Below, in pieces: positions 1-14,100 of a stretch of 64,000 nt of DNA. Origin of the DNA: Eledone cirrhosa. Lineage: Eukaryota. The stretch is from the NCBI GenBank assembly GCA_964016885.1, contig OZ024740.1:292764001-292828000 (forward strand), written 5' to 3'. The notes under the pieces were generated by a model, which saw only the letters and a list, made by a program, of their open reading frames with translations, ran no database searches and was not told the DNA's origin. Made by a program: the position numbers and the translations under genes. Each line of letters begins with the position of its first letter. Position 1 is the first letter of the stretch.

Positions 1-563
1 ATGGACATATTGTGCGAGATGATGTTGTAGCTATGTGTTTTCTTAGGTAGGAACTCAATATCTATATTATGGCCGGATCTAGCTAATGCTCGATTATAAT
101 ATTGCGAGTTTTTGCTAAATGTGTTTGCGTCATAGGATAGATTAGAGATTCTACTGGATACCCCCTTAGAGATAGAGTTTAATATTGATCTAGGGTGATT
201 AGACTTGGTATCCACGTAAATGAGTTTTTCGTTAGGCTTATGGAAAGGTGTATATATTTTTGAGTCTAGGTATAGTGTGGCGTCTAGGAAGTTAACATTT
301 TTAGTGTTTTTGTCCATGGTGATACTAAGGTTAAAGTTTTTGAATGTCTTGTGCAATAGTTTTCTAGTTCTTTCTATATTGAATTTTTTATATTCTATAA
401 GTAGAAGTGCATCATCGCGGTACAAACCACCGTTGAGGTATGGGAGGTCCTTATGGATTTCATTAAGTAAGTATAGGCCGACCAAATCAGTGACCTGCGC
501 CCAGTCACTAGATCCCATGGTTATGTCGAAGTTGTTGTGCGTATCCTTGCGGGTCCATAGTTG
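1..563 (-). mobile_element. Penelope-like element (PLE) reverse transcriptase fragment, 5'-truncated at a (TA)n tract and running off the window
   Basis: Manual minus-strand translation is open: [33 protein letters not shown]...[10 protein letters not shown]...VNFLDATL...[39 protein letters not shown] and Y..SNHP are PLE RT core and thumb motifs. Confidence 0.85.
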
Positions 564-648
564 GTATATATATATGTATATATATATATATAAATATATG
601 TATATATATATAAATATATATATACATATATTTATATATATATACATA

Positions 649-714
<66 letters not shown>

Positions 715-792
715 TGTATATTTATATATATATAGGAAATAGTATATATTTTATCTTGTGATTCTATAGACATGTTTTATGATATATATAAA

Positions 793-1036
<244 letters not shown>

Positions 1037-1114
1037 TATGTATATATATATATATAAATATATGAGAGACGTAAAATAAGAAAATTATAAAATTAACTTA
1101 CTTACTTAAATTTC

Positions 1115-1196
1115 ACTCCCAACTAATTAGTTTCTGAAAGGGATTAAACATACTATCCGAAGAGAGCACGGAGAAGCCTTTCGTCATCAGGGAAGT
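1115..1196 (-). ncRNA. Type I hammerhead ribozyme motif in a PLE terminal-repeat-like fragment
   Basis: Minus strand: ACUUCC-CUGAUGA-C-GAAAGG...CCUUUC-A-GAAA-CUAAUUAG-UU-GGGAGU. Stem I ACUUCC/GGGAGU, palindromic stem III ACUAAUUAGU, predicted cleavage after GUU. Confidence 0.75.
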
Positions 1197-1329
1197 CTAT
1201 TCTTTAGCTAAGTTTCCAGGCAATACGTGGACACAGGGAACTTATACGCATCTGTGTATATATATGTTACTAGATATACTAATTCTTTATATATAAATAT
1301 ATGTATATATATATATATATATATATAAA

Positions 1330-1391
<62 letters not shown>

Positions 1392-1513
1392 AATATATGT
1401 ATATATATATATATAAATATATGTATATCTATATATAAATATATGTATATATATATATAAATATATGTATATATATATATAAATATATGTATATATATAT
1501 AAATATATGTATA

Positions 1514-1549
<36 letters not shown>

Positions 1550-1569
1550 TATGTATATATGAATATATG

Positions 1570-1645
<76 letters not shown>

Positions 1646-1661
1646 TATGTATATATATATG

Positions 1662-1698
<37 letters not shown>

Positions 1699-1733
1699 AT
1701 GTATGTATATATATATATAAATATATGTATATA

Positions 1734-1764
<31 letters not shown>

Positions 1765-1813
1765 TTTTATATATATATATGTATGTATATATATATATAA
1801 ATATATGTATATA

Positions 1814-1853
<40 letters not shown>

Positions 1854-1905
1854 TATATATATATATGTATGTATATTTATATATAAATATATGTATATAC
1901 ATATG

Positions 1906-1938
<33 letters not shown>

Positions 1939-1979
1939 GTATATATGTATATATATATATATTTATATATATATATGTA

Positions 1980-2018
<39 letters not shown>

Positions 2019-2091
2019 GTATATATATATATATTTATATATATATATGTATATATGTATATATATATGTATATATATATATAAATATATG

Positions 2092-2125
<34 letters not shown>

Positions 2126-2164
2126 AATATATGTATATATATATATGTATATATATATATAAAT

Positions 2165-2593
<429 letters not shown>

Positions 2594-2686
2594 TATGTAT
2601 ATATATATATATATAAATATATGTATATATATATAAATATATGAAATCGTGTGTCGAAACAGATATTGTTATACTTGGGGAGGGTC

Positions 2687-2765
2687 ATATTTGCGTAATA
2701 TTGCCAGAATTAATAAAAACAGTGAGTGTGTTCTGTTATTAATTCTGGCAATATTACGCAAATAT
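2687..2765. repeat. 30-bp perfect inverted repeat (fold-back) ending in (TA)n
   Basis: atatttgcgtaatattgccagaattaataa ... ttattaattctggcaatattacgcaaatat. Confidence 0.9.
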
Positions 2766-2879
2766 ATAAATATATGTATATTTATATATATATATATATA
2801 TATAAATATATGTATATTTATATATATATAAATATATGTATATGTATATATATATATTTATAAATATATGTATATATAA

Positions 2880-2910
<31 letters not shown>

Positions 2911-2911
2911 A

Positions 2912-2943
<32 letters not shown>

Positions 2944-2973
2944 AAATATATGTATATATATATATATATATAA

Positions 2974-3004
<31 letters not shown>

Positions 3005-3101
3005 AATATATGTATATATATATATATATATAAATATATGTATATATATATGTATATGTGTATATATGTATATGTGTATTTATGTATATATGTATATATA
3101 T

Positions 3102-3134
<33 letters not shown>

Positions 3135-3720
3135 ACCAAGTGATTGATTTGTGCGACCAAAATAACACCACACACATATTGAACTAGGAATATTGGATCA
3201 TCCGTCAATGTCTGAGTGAGCAAAAATAGATTTCTATCTGCATTGGAATTTACGAACTTGTGCATCTGCTGTGGTGTCAAAAACAAACGCACATGGCCGC
3301 ACAGATGAACAATGGACTATGCCACGTGGGTTGAACCTGCAAGTGAATTGAAGGATGTGTAACTCTGATATACAGATTATTTATTATTAAGATGTATAAA
3401 CTTGACACAACTATTATCATCTTATATTCTCTCAACTAATCATATTTGATTATATTTCTCTATCCCGTTTTCTCTCCCCCCATATTTATAATAATTTTAT
3501 TTGAAAAAATCGTTTTTTTTACGTTGTGTTTTTCCCTTTCTAATACTTGCTTATATTTCTTTATATATTCTCTATATTTTTATATATATATATATTTTTT
3601 ATCTTTATTCTTATTCTCACTTTTATCCTCCTTTATATTTTACCTTATTCTTACTTTTATACCTTATTACAGTGTAATCTTCCTCATGCCTTATTATACA
3701 TTATTAATTATAGATTATTA

Positions 3721-3909
3721 AGGGCGGTGGATTGGCAGTATCGGTAGAGGGTCGGACGCCATGCTTTCCAGCATAGTTATGTCCCTTTACAATCTGAGTT
3801 CAAATCCCGCCGAGGTTGACTTTGCCTTTCATCCTTACGGGGTCGATAAAATAAAGTACCAGTAATGCACTGTGTAATTGCTGGCCTTGTGCCTAAAGTA
3901 GAAACAATT
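3721..3909 (+). mobile_element. tRNA-derived SINE, family A (Nin-domain-like core), with target-site duplication
   Basis: A-box-like tggcagtatcgg, B-box gagttcaaatc, core gactttgcctttcatccttacggggtcgataaaataaagtaccag; direct repeat attaattatagattatta on both sides. Confidence 0.85.
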
Positions 3910-4233
3910 AATTATAGATTATTATTATTACTCTTTTTCCATTTCTAATTACCTCATGTACCTTCTCCTCCGTTATATATATATTGTATGCCCTTTGTGT
4001 GTGTGTAGCCTCTGCACACCCTCTGCACCCTACTATCGACGCCACCCCATCTATGGTTCAACTAACCACTCGACTCCCGGGAATGAATATGACCGCAGCT
4101 AGTAAACAAGGACCCACACCCCACCCTCCCGCACCAAAATTAGACTTATCGTCCCCTGCTTTTGCTCTTTACTCTCTTTATTCTTTTTTCTTGAATGTTT
4201 AGTTGGTAGAGTCCATAACACCAATCAAACCCC

Positions 4234-4293
4234 TTTTATAGCTCTGACGAATCCTACGGTTACGTAAGGAAGAAACATTGTAAGCCAATAAAA
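4234..4293 (+). ncRNA. Minimal type I hammerhead ribozyme motif, just 5' of a (TA)n junction
   Basis: GCU-CUGACGA-A-UCCUACG-guua-CGUAAGGA-A-GAAA-CAUUG-UA-AGC; predicted cleavage after GUA (4282). Confidence 0.75.
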
Positions 4294-4328
4294 AATCTGT
4301 TGATGTTGTAGACGCTCTTGTGTTCTTT

Positions 4329-4331
<3 letters not shown>

Positions 4332-4370
<39 letters not shown>

Positions 4371-4466
4371 TATGTATATATATATATAAATATATGTATA
4401 TATATATATAAATATATGTATATATATATATAAATATATGTATATATAAATATATGTATATATAAA

Positions 4467-4534
<68 letters not shown>

Positions 4535-4536
4535 AA

Positions 4537-4568
<32 letters not shown>

Positions 4569-4600
4569 AATATATGTATATATATATATATATATATAAA

Positions 4601-4660
<60 letters not shown>

Positions 4661-4682
4661 TATGTATATATATATATATAAA

Positions 4683-4736
<54 letters not shown>

Positions 4737-4758
4737 TATGTATATATATATATATAAA

Positions 4759-4805
<47 letters not shown>

Positions 4806-4867
4806 TTATATATATGTATATATATATATTTATATATATATATACATATATATATACATATATATAC

Positions 4868-4955
<88 letters not shown>

Positions 4956-5111
4956 ATATACATATATTTATATACATATATATATACATATATTTATATA
5001 CATATATTTATATATATATTTATATACATATATTTATATATATATATATATACATATATTTATGTACATATATTTATATATATATTTATATACATATATT
5101 TATATATATAT
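4332..5111. repeat. Interrupted (TA)n microsatellite
   Basis: Seen directly; abuts the left end of the 466-bp array. Confidence 0.95.
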
Positions 5112-8100
5112 ATGTAAGTATGCATGTATACGTACATACATATATGTATACAGACGTACAGTAGCATGCACATATATATATATATATACATATATACATA
5201 CATATGCATACAGGTACACATACATATATGCACGTATCAGTTTAGCGGCGCTAACGTCGCTTTGTTCGTTTGTAAACAAACTGAACAGCCTGAATTTATG
5301 CCATACGGTGTTAAGGCAACCACGTCACCTTTTTGTTCAACACTGACACAGGAACGATGTACTAGTTTCAAGCTTGTTAGCTATCATCAGCACCGTTTAC
5401 CCATCTGCCAGATAGTTGAACGTTCGAAAGTATATACTTTCCTTATGAAAATTAACGGCTGAGCAGCCTAATTTGCATATTGAGTGAGTTAAATCGGTCA
5501 GGCATACCGAAAACGATAAATTGAAACAAAATGAAAACGAAATTTCATTTCTCACTCTTAGTATGGCACTTACTTAAATGTAAGTATGCATGTATACGTA
5601 CATACATATATGTATACAGACGTACAGTAGCATGCACATATATATATATATATACATATATACATACATATGCATACAGGTACACATACATATATGCACG
5701 TATCAGTTTAGCGGCGCTAACGTCGCTTTGTTCGTTTGTAAACAAACTGAACAGCCTGAATTTATGCCATACGGTGTTAAGGCAACCACGTCACCTTTTT
5801 GTTCAACACTGACACAGGAACGATGTACTAGTTTCAAGCTTGTTAGCTATCATCAGCACCGTTTACCCATCTGCCAGATAGTTGAACGTTCGAAAGTATA
5901 TACTTTCCTTATGAAAATTAACGGCTGAGCAGCCTAATTTGCATATTGAGTGAGTTAAATCGGTCAGGCATACCGAAAACGATAAATTGAAACAAAATGA
6001 AAACGAAATTTCATTTCTCACTCTTAGTATGGCACTTACTTAAATGTAAGTATGCATGTATACGTACATACATATATGTATACAGACGTACAGTAGCATG
6101 CACATATATATATATATATACATATATACATACATATGCATACAGGTACACATACATATATGCACGTATCAGTTTAGCGGCGCTAACGTCGCTTTGTTCG
6201 TTTGTAAACAAACTGAACAGCCTGAATTTATGCCATACGGTGTTAAGGCAACCACGTCACCTTTTTGTTCAACACTGACACAGGAACGATGTACTAGTTT
6301 CAAGCTTGTTAGCTATCATCAGCACCGTTTACCCATCTGCCAGATAGTTGAACGTTCGAAAGTATATACTTTCCTTATGAAAATTAACGGCTGAGCAGCC
6401 TAATTTGCATATTGAGTGAGTTAAATCGGTCAGGCATACCGAAAACGATAAATTGAAACAAAATGAAAACGAAATTTCATTTCTCACTCTTAGTATGGCA
6501 CTTACTTAAATGTAAGTATGCATGTATACGTACATACATATATGTATACAGACGTACAGTAGCATGCACATATATATATATATATACATATATACATACA
6601 TATGCATACAGGTACACATACATATATGCACGTATCAGTTTAGCGGCGCTAACGTCGCTTTGTTCGTTTGTAAACAAACTGAACAGCCTGAATTTATGCC
6701 ATACGGTGTTAAGGCAACCACGTCACCTTTTTGTTCAACACTGACACAGGAACGATGTACTAGTTTCAAGCTTGTTAGCTATCATCAGCACCGTTTACCC
6801 ATCTGCCAGATAGTTGAACGTTCGAAAGTATATACTTTCCTTATGAAAATTAACGGCTGAGCAGCCTAATTTGCATATTGAGTGAGTTAAATCGGTCAGG
6901 CATACCGAAAACGATAAATTGAAACAAAATGAAAACGAAATTTCATTTCTCACTCTTAGTATGGCACTTACTTAAATGTAAGTATGCATGTATACGTACA
7001 TACATATATGTATACAGACGTACAGTAGCATGCACATATATATATATATATACATATATACATACATATGCATACAGGTACACATACATATATGCACGTA
7101 TCAGTTTAGCGGCGCTAACGTCGCTTTGTTCGTTTGTAAACAAACTGAACAGCCTGAATTTATGCCATACGGTGTTAAGGCAACCACGTCACCTTTTTGT
7201 TCAACACTGACACAGGAACGATGTACTAGTTTCAAGCTTGTTAGCTATCATCAGCACCGTTTACCCATCTGCCAGATAGTTGAACGTTCGAAAGTATATA
7301 CTTTCCTTATGAAAATTAACGGCTGAGCAGCCTAATTTGCATATTGAGTGAGTTAAATCGGTCAGGCATACCGAAAACGATAAATTGAAACAAAATGAAA
7401 ACGAAATTTCATTTCTCACTCTTAGTATGGCACTTACTTAAATGTAAGTATGCATGTATACGTACATACATATATGTATACAGACGTACAGTAGCATGCA
7501 CATATATATATATATATACATATATACATACATATGCATACAGGTACACATACATATATGCACGTATCAGTTTAGCGGCGCTAACGTCGCTTTGTTCGTT
7601 TGTAAACAAACTGAACAGCCTGAATTTATGCCATACGGTGTTAAGGCAACCACGTCACCTTTTTGTTCAACACTGACACAGGAACGATGTACTAGTTTCA
7701 AGCTTGTTAGCTATCATCAGCACCGTTTACCCATCTGCCAGATAGTTGAACGTTCGAAAGTATATACTTTCCTTATGAAAATTAACGGCTGAGCAGCCTA
7801 ATTTGCATATTGAGTGAGTTAAATCGGTCAGGCATACCGAAAACGATAAATTGAAACAAAATGAAAACGAAATTTCATTTCTCACTCTTAGTATGGCACT
7901 TACTTAAATGTAAGTATGCATGTATACGTACATACATATATGTATACAGACGTACAGTAGCATGCACATATATATATATATATACATATATACATACATA
8001 TGCATACAGGTACACATACATATATGCACGTATCAGTTTAGCGGCGCTAACGTCGCTTTGTTCGTTTGTAAACAAACTGAACAGCCTGAATTTATGCCAT

Positions 8101-11100
8101 ACGGTGTTAAGGCAACCACGTCACCTTTTTGTTCAACACTGACACAGGAACGATGTACTAGTTTCAAGCTTGTTAGCTATCATCAGCACCGTTTACCCAT
8201 CTGCCAGATAGTTGAACGTTCGAAAGTATATACTTTCCTTATGAAAATTAACGGCTGAGCAGCCTAATTTGCATATTGAGTGAGTTAAATCGGTCAGGCA
8301 TACCGAAAACGATAAATTGAAACAAAATGAAAACGAAATTTCATTTCTCACTTTTAGTATGGCACTTACTTAAATGTAAGTATGCATGTATACGTACATA
8401 CATATATGTATACAGACGTACAGTAGCATGCACATATATATATATATATATACATATATACATACATATGCATACAGGTACACATACATATATGCACGTA
8501 TCAGTTTAGCGGCGCTAACGTCGCTTTGTTCGTTTGTAAACAAACTGAACAGCCTGAATTTATGCCATACGGTGTTAAGGCAACCACGTCACCTTTTTGT
8601 TCAACACTGACACAGGAACGATGTACTAGTTTCAAGCTTGTTAGCTATCATCAGCACCGTTTACCCATCTGCCAGATAGTTGAACGTTCGAAAGTATATA
8701 CTTTCCTTATGAAAATTAACGGCTGAGCAGCCTAATTTGCATATTGAGTGAGTTAAATCGGTCAGGCATACCGAAAACGATAAATTGAAACAAAATGAAA
8801 ACGAAATTTCATTTCTCACTCTTAGTATGGCACTTACTTAAATGTAAGTATGCATGTATACGTACATACATATATGTATACAGACGTACAGTAGCATGCA
8901 CATATATATATATATATACATATATACATACATATGCATACAGGTACACATACATATATGCACGTATCAGTTTAGCGGCGCTAACGTCGCTTTGTTCGTT
9001 TGTAAACAAACTGAACAGCCTGAATTTATGCCATACGGTGTTAAGGCAACCACGTCACCTTTTTGTTCAACACTGACACAGGAACGATGTACTAGTTTCA
9101 AGCTTGTTAGCTATCATCAGCACCGTTTACCCATCTGCCAGATAGTTGAACGTTCGAAAGTATATACTTTCCTTATGAAAATTAACGGCTGAGCAGCCTA
9201 ATTTGCATATTGAGTGAGTTAAATCGGTCAGGCATACCGAAAACGATAAATTGAAACAAAATGAAAACGAAATTTCATTTCTCACTCTTAGTATGGCACT
9301 TACTTAAATGTAAGTATGCATGTATACGTACATACATATATGTATACAGACGTACAGTAGCATGCACATATATATATATATATACATATATACATACATA
9401 TGCATACAGGTACACATACATATATGCACGTATCAGTTTAGCGGCGCTAACGTCGCTTTGTTCGTTTGTAAACAAACTGAACAGCCTGAATTTATGCCAT
9501 ACGGTGTTAAGGCAACCACGTCACCTTTTTGTTCAACACTGACACAGGAACGATGTACTAGTTTCAAGCTTGTTAGCTATCATCAGCACCGTTTACCCAT
9601 CTGCCAGATAGTTGAACGTTCGAAAGTATATACTTTCCTTATGAAAATTAACGGCTGAGCAGCCTAATTTGCATATTGAGTGAGTTAAATCGGTCAGGCA
9701 TACCGAAAACGATAAATTGAAACAAAATGAAAACGAAATTTCATTTCTCACTCTTAGTATGGCACTTACTTAAATGTAAGTATGCATGTATACGTACATA
9801 CATATATGTATACAGACGTACAGTAGCATGCACATATATATATATATATACATATATACATACATATGCATACAGGTACACATACATATATGCACGTATC
9901 AGTTTAGCGGCGCTAACGTCGCTTTGTTCGTTTGTAAACAAACTGAACAGCCTGAATTTATGCCATACGGTGTTAAGGCAACCACGTCACCTTTTTGTTC
10001 AACACTGACACAGGAACGATGTACTAGTTTCAAGCTTGTTAGCTATCATCAGCACCGTTTACCCATCTGCCAGATAGTTGAACGTTCGAAAGTATATACT
10101 TTCCTTATGAAAATTAACGGCTGAGCAGCCTAATTTGCATATTGAGTGAGTTAAATCGGTCAGGCATACCGAAAACGATAAATTGAAACAAAATGAAAAC
10201 GAAATTTCATTTCTCACTCTTAGTATGGCACTTACTTAAATGTAAGTATGCATGTATACGTACATACATATATGTATACAGACGTACAGTAGCATGCACA
10301 TATATATATATATATACATATATACATACATATGCATACAGGTACACATACATATATGCACGTATCAGTTTAGCGGCGCTAACGTCGCTTTGTTCGTTTG
10401 TAAACAAACTGAACAGCCTGAATTTATGCCATACGGTGTTAAGGCAACCACGTCACCTTTTTGTTCAACACTGACACAGGAACGATGTACTAGTTTCAAG
10501 CTTGTTAGCTATCATCAGCACCGTTTACCCATCTGCCAGATAGTTGAACGTTCGAAAGTATATACTTTCCTTATGAAAATTAACGGCTGAGCAGCCTAAT
10601 TTGCATATTGAGTGAGTTAAATCGGTCAGGCATACCGAAAACGATAAATTGAAACAAAATGAAAACGAAATTTCATTTCTCACTCTTAGTATGGCACTTA
10701 CTTAAATGTAAGTATGCATGTATACGTACATACATATATGTATACAGACGTACAGTAGCATGCACATATATATATATATATACATATATACATACATATG
10801 CATACAGGTACACATACATATATGCACGTATCAGTTTAGCGGCGCTAACGTCGCTTTGTTCGTTTGTAAACAAACTGAACAGCCTGAATTTATGCCATAC
10901 GGTGTTAAGGCAACCACGTCACCTTTTTGTTCAACACTGACACAGGAACGATGTACTAGTTTCAAGCTTGTTAGCTATCATCAGCACCGTTTACCCATCT
11001 GCCAGATAGTTGAACGTTCGAAAGTATATACTTTCCTTATGAAAATTAACGGCTGAGCAGCCTAATTTGCATATTGAGTGAGTTAAATCGGTCAGGCATA

Positions 11101-14100
11101 CCGAAAACGATAAATTGAAACAAAATGAAAACGAAATTTCATTTCTCACTCTTAGTATGGCACTTACTTAAATGTAAGTATGCATGTATACGTACATACA
11201 TATATGTATACAGACGTACAGTAGCATGCACATATATATATATATATATACATATATACATACATATGCATACAGGTACACATACATATATGCACGTATC
11301 AGTTTAGCGGCGCTAACGTCGCTTTGTTCGTTTGTAAACAAACTGAACAGCCTGAATTTATGCCATACGGTGTTAAGGCAACCACGTCACCTTTTTGTTC
11401 AACACTGACACAGGAACGATGTACTAGTTTCAAGCTTGTTAGCTATCATCAGCACCGTTTACCCATCTGCCAGATAGTTGAACGTTCGAAAGTATATACT
11501 TTCCTTATGAAAATTAACGGCTGAGCAGCCTAATTTGCATATTGAGTGAGTTAAATCGGTCAGGCATACCGAAAACGATAAATTGAAACAAAATGAAAAC
11601 GAAATTTCATTTCTCACTCTTAGTATGGCACTTACTTAAATGTAAGTATGCATGTATACGTACATACATATATGTATACAGACGTACAGTAGCATGCACA
11701 TATATATATATATATACATATATACATACATATGCATACAGGTACACATACATATATGCACGTATCAGTTTAGCGGCGCTAACGTCGCTTTGTTCGTTTG
11801 TAAACAAACTGAACAGCCTGAATTTATGCCATACGGTGTTAAGGCAACCACGTCACCTTTTTGTTCAACACTGACACAGGAACGATGTACTAGTTTCAAG
11901 CTTGTTAGCTATCATCAGCACCGTTTACCCATCTGCCAGATAGTTGAACGTTCGAAAGTATATACTTTCCTTATGAAAATTAACGGCTGAGCAGCCTAAT
12001 TTGCATATTGAGTGAGTTAAATCGGTCAGGCATACCGAAAACGATAAATTGAAACAAAATGAAAACGAAATTTCATTTCTCACTCTTAGTATGGCACTTA
12101 CTTAAATGTAAGTATGCATGTATACGTACATACATATATGTATACAGACGTACAGTAGCATGCACATATATATATATATATACATATATACATACATATG
12201 CATACAGGTACACATACATATATGCACGTATCAGTTTAGCGGCGCTAACGTCGCTTTGTTCGTTTGTAAACAAACTGAACAGCCTGAATTTATGCCATAC
12301 GGTGTTAAGGCAACCACGTCACCTTTTTGTTCAACACTGACACAGGAACGATGTACTAGTTTCAAGCTTGTTAGCTATCATCAGCACCGTTTACCCATCT
12401 GCCAGATAGTTGAACGTTCGAAAGTATATACTTTCCTTATGAAAATTAACGGCTGAGCAGCCTAATTTGCATATTGAGTGAGTTAAATCGGTCAGGCATA
12501 CCGAAAACGATAAATTGAAACAAAATGAAAACGAAATTTCATTTCTCACTCTTAGTATGGCACTTACTTAAATGTAAGTATGCATGTATACGTACATACA
12601 TATATGTATACAGACGTACAGTAGCATGCACATATATATATATATATACATATATACATACATATGCATACAGGTACACATACATATATGCACGTATCAG
12701 TTTAGCGGCGCTAACGTCGCTTTGTTCGTTTGTAAACAAACTGAACAGCCTGAATTTATGCCATACGGTGTTAAGGCAACCACGTCACCTTTTTGTTCAA
12801 CACTGACACAGGAACGATGTACTAGTTTCAAGCTTGTTAGCTATCATCAGCACCGTTTACCCATCTGCCAGATAGTTGAACGTTCGAAAGTATATACTTT
12901 CCTTATGAAAATTAACGGCTGAGCAGCCTAATTTGCATATTGAGTGAGTTAAATCGGTCAGGCATACCGAAAACGATAAATTGAAACAAAATGAAAACGA
13001 AATTTCATTTCTCACTCTTAGTATGGCACTTACTTAAATGTAAGTATGCATGTATACGTACATACATATATGTATACAGACGTACAGTAGCATGCACATA
13101 TATATATATATATACATATATACATACATATGCATACAGGTACACATACATATATGCACGTATCAGTTTAGCGGCGCTAACGTCGCTTTGTTCGTTTGTA
13201 AACAAACTGAACAGCCTGAATTTATGCCATACGGTGTTAAGGCAACCACGTCACCTTTTTGTTCAACACTGACACAGGAACGATGTACTAGTTTCAAGCT
13301 TGTTAGCTATCATCAGCACCGTTTACCCATCTGCCAGATAGTTGAACGTTCGAAAGTATATACTTTCCTTATGAAAATTAACGGCTGAGCAGCCTAATTT
13401 GCATATTGAGTGAGTTAAATCGGTCAGGCATACCGAAAACGATAAATTGAAACAAAATGAAAACGAAATTTCATTTCTCACTCTTAGTATGGCACTTACT
13501 TAAATGTAAGTATGCATGTATACGTACATACATATATGTATACAGACGTACAGTAGCATGCACATATATATATATATATACATATATACATACATATGCA
13601 TACAGGTACACATACATATATGCACGTATCAGTTTAGCGGCGCTAACGTCGCTTTGTTCGTTTGTAAACAAACTGAACAGCCTGAATTTATGCCATACGG
13701 TGTTAAGGCAACCACGTCACCTTTTTGTTCAACACTGACACAGGAACGATGTACTAGTTTCAAGCTTGTTAGCTATCATCAGCACCGTTTACCCATCTGC
13801 CAGATAGTTGAACGTTCGAAAGTATATACTTTCCTTATGAAAATTAACGGCTGAGCAGCCTAATTTGCATATTGAGTGAGTTAAATCGGTCAGGCATACC
13901 GAAAACGATAAATTGAAACAAAATGAAAACGAAATTTCATTTCTCACTCTTAGTATGGCACTTACTTAAATGTAAGTATGCATGTATACGTACATACATA
14001 TATGTATACAGACGTACAGTAGCATGCACATATATATATATATATACATATATACATACATATGCATACAGGTACACATACATATATGCACGTATCAGTT

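Noticed and set aside
1100-1111. acttacttaaat shared between the 1115 hammerhead flank and the 466-bp unit
   Set aside because: A 12-nt AT-rich match with no extension; compatible with chance.
3180-3352. Possible GIY-YIG C-terminus (EYWII and EQWTMPRGLN fragments) upstream of the 4234 hammerhead
   Set aside because: The motifs are short and broken by stops; suggestive of a PLE but insufficient.
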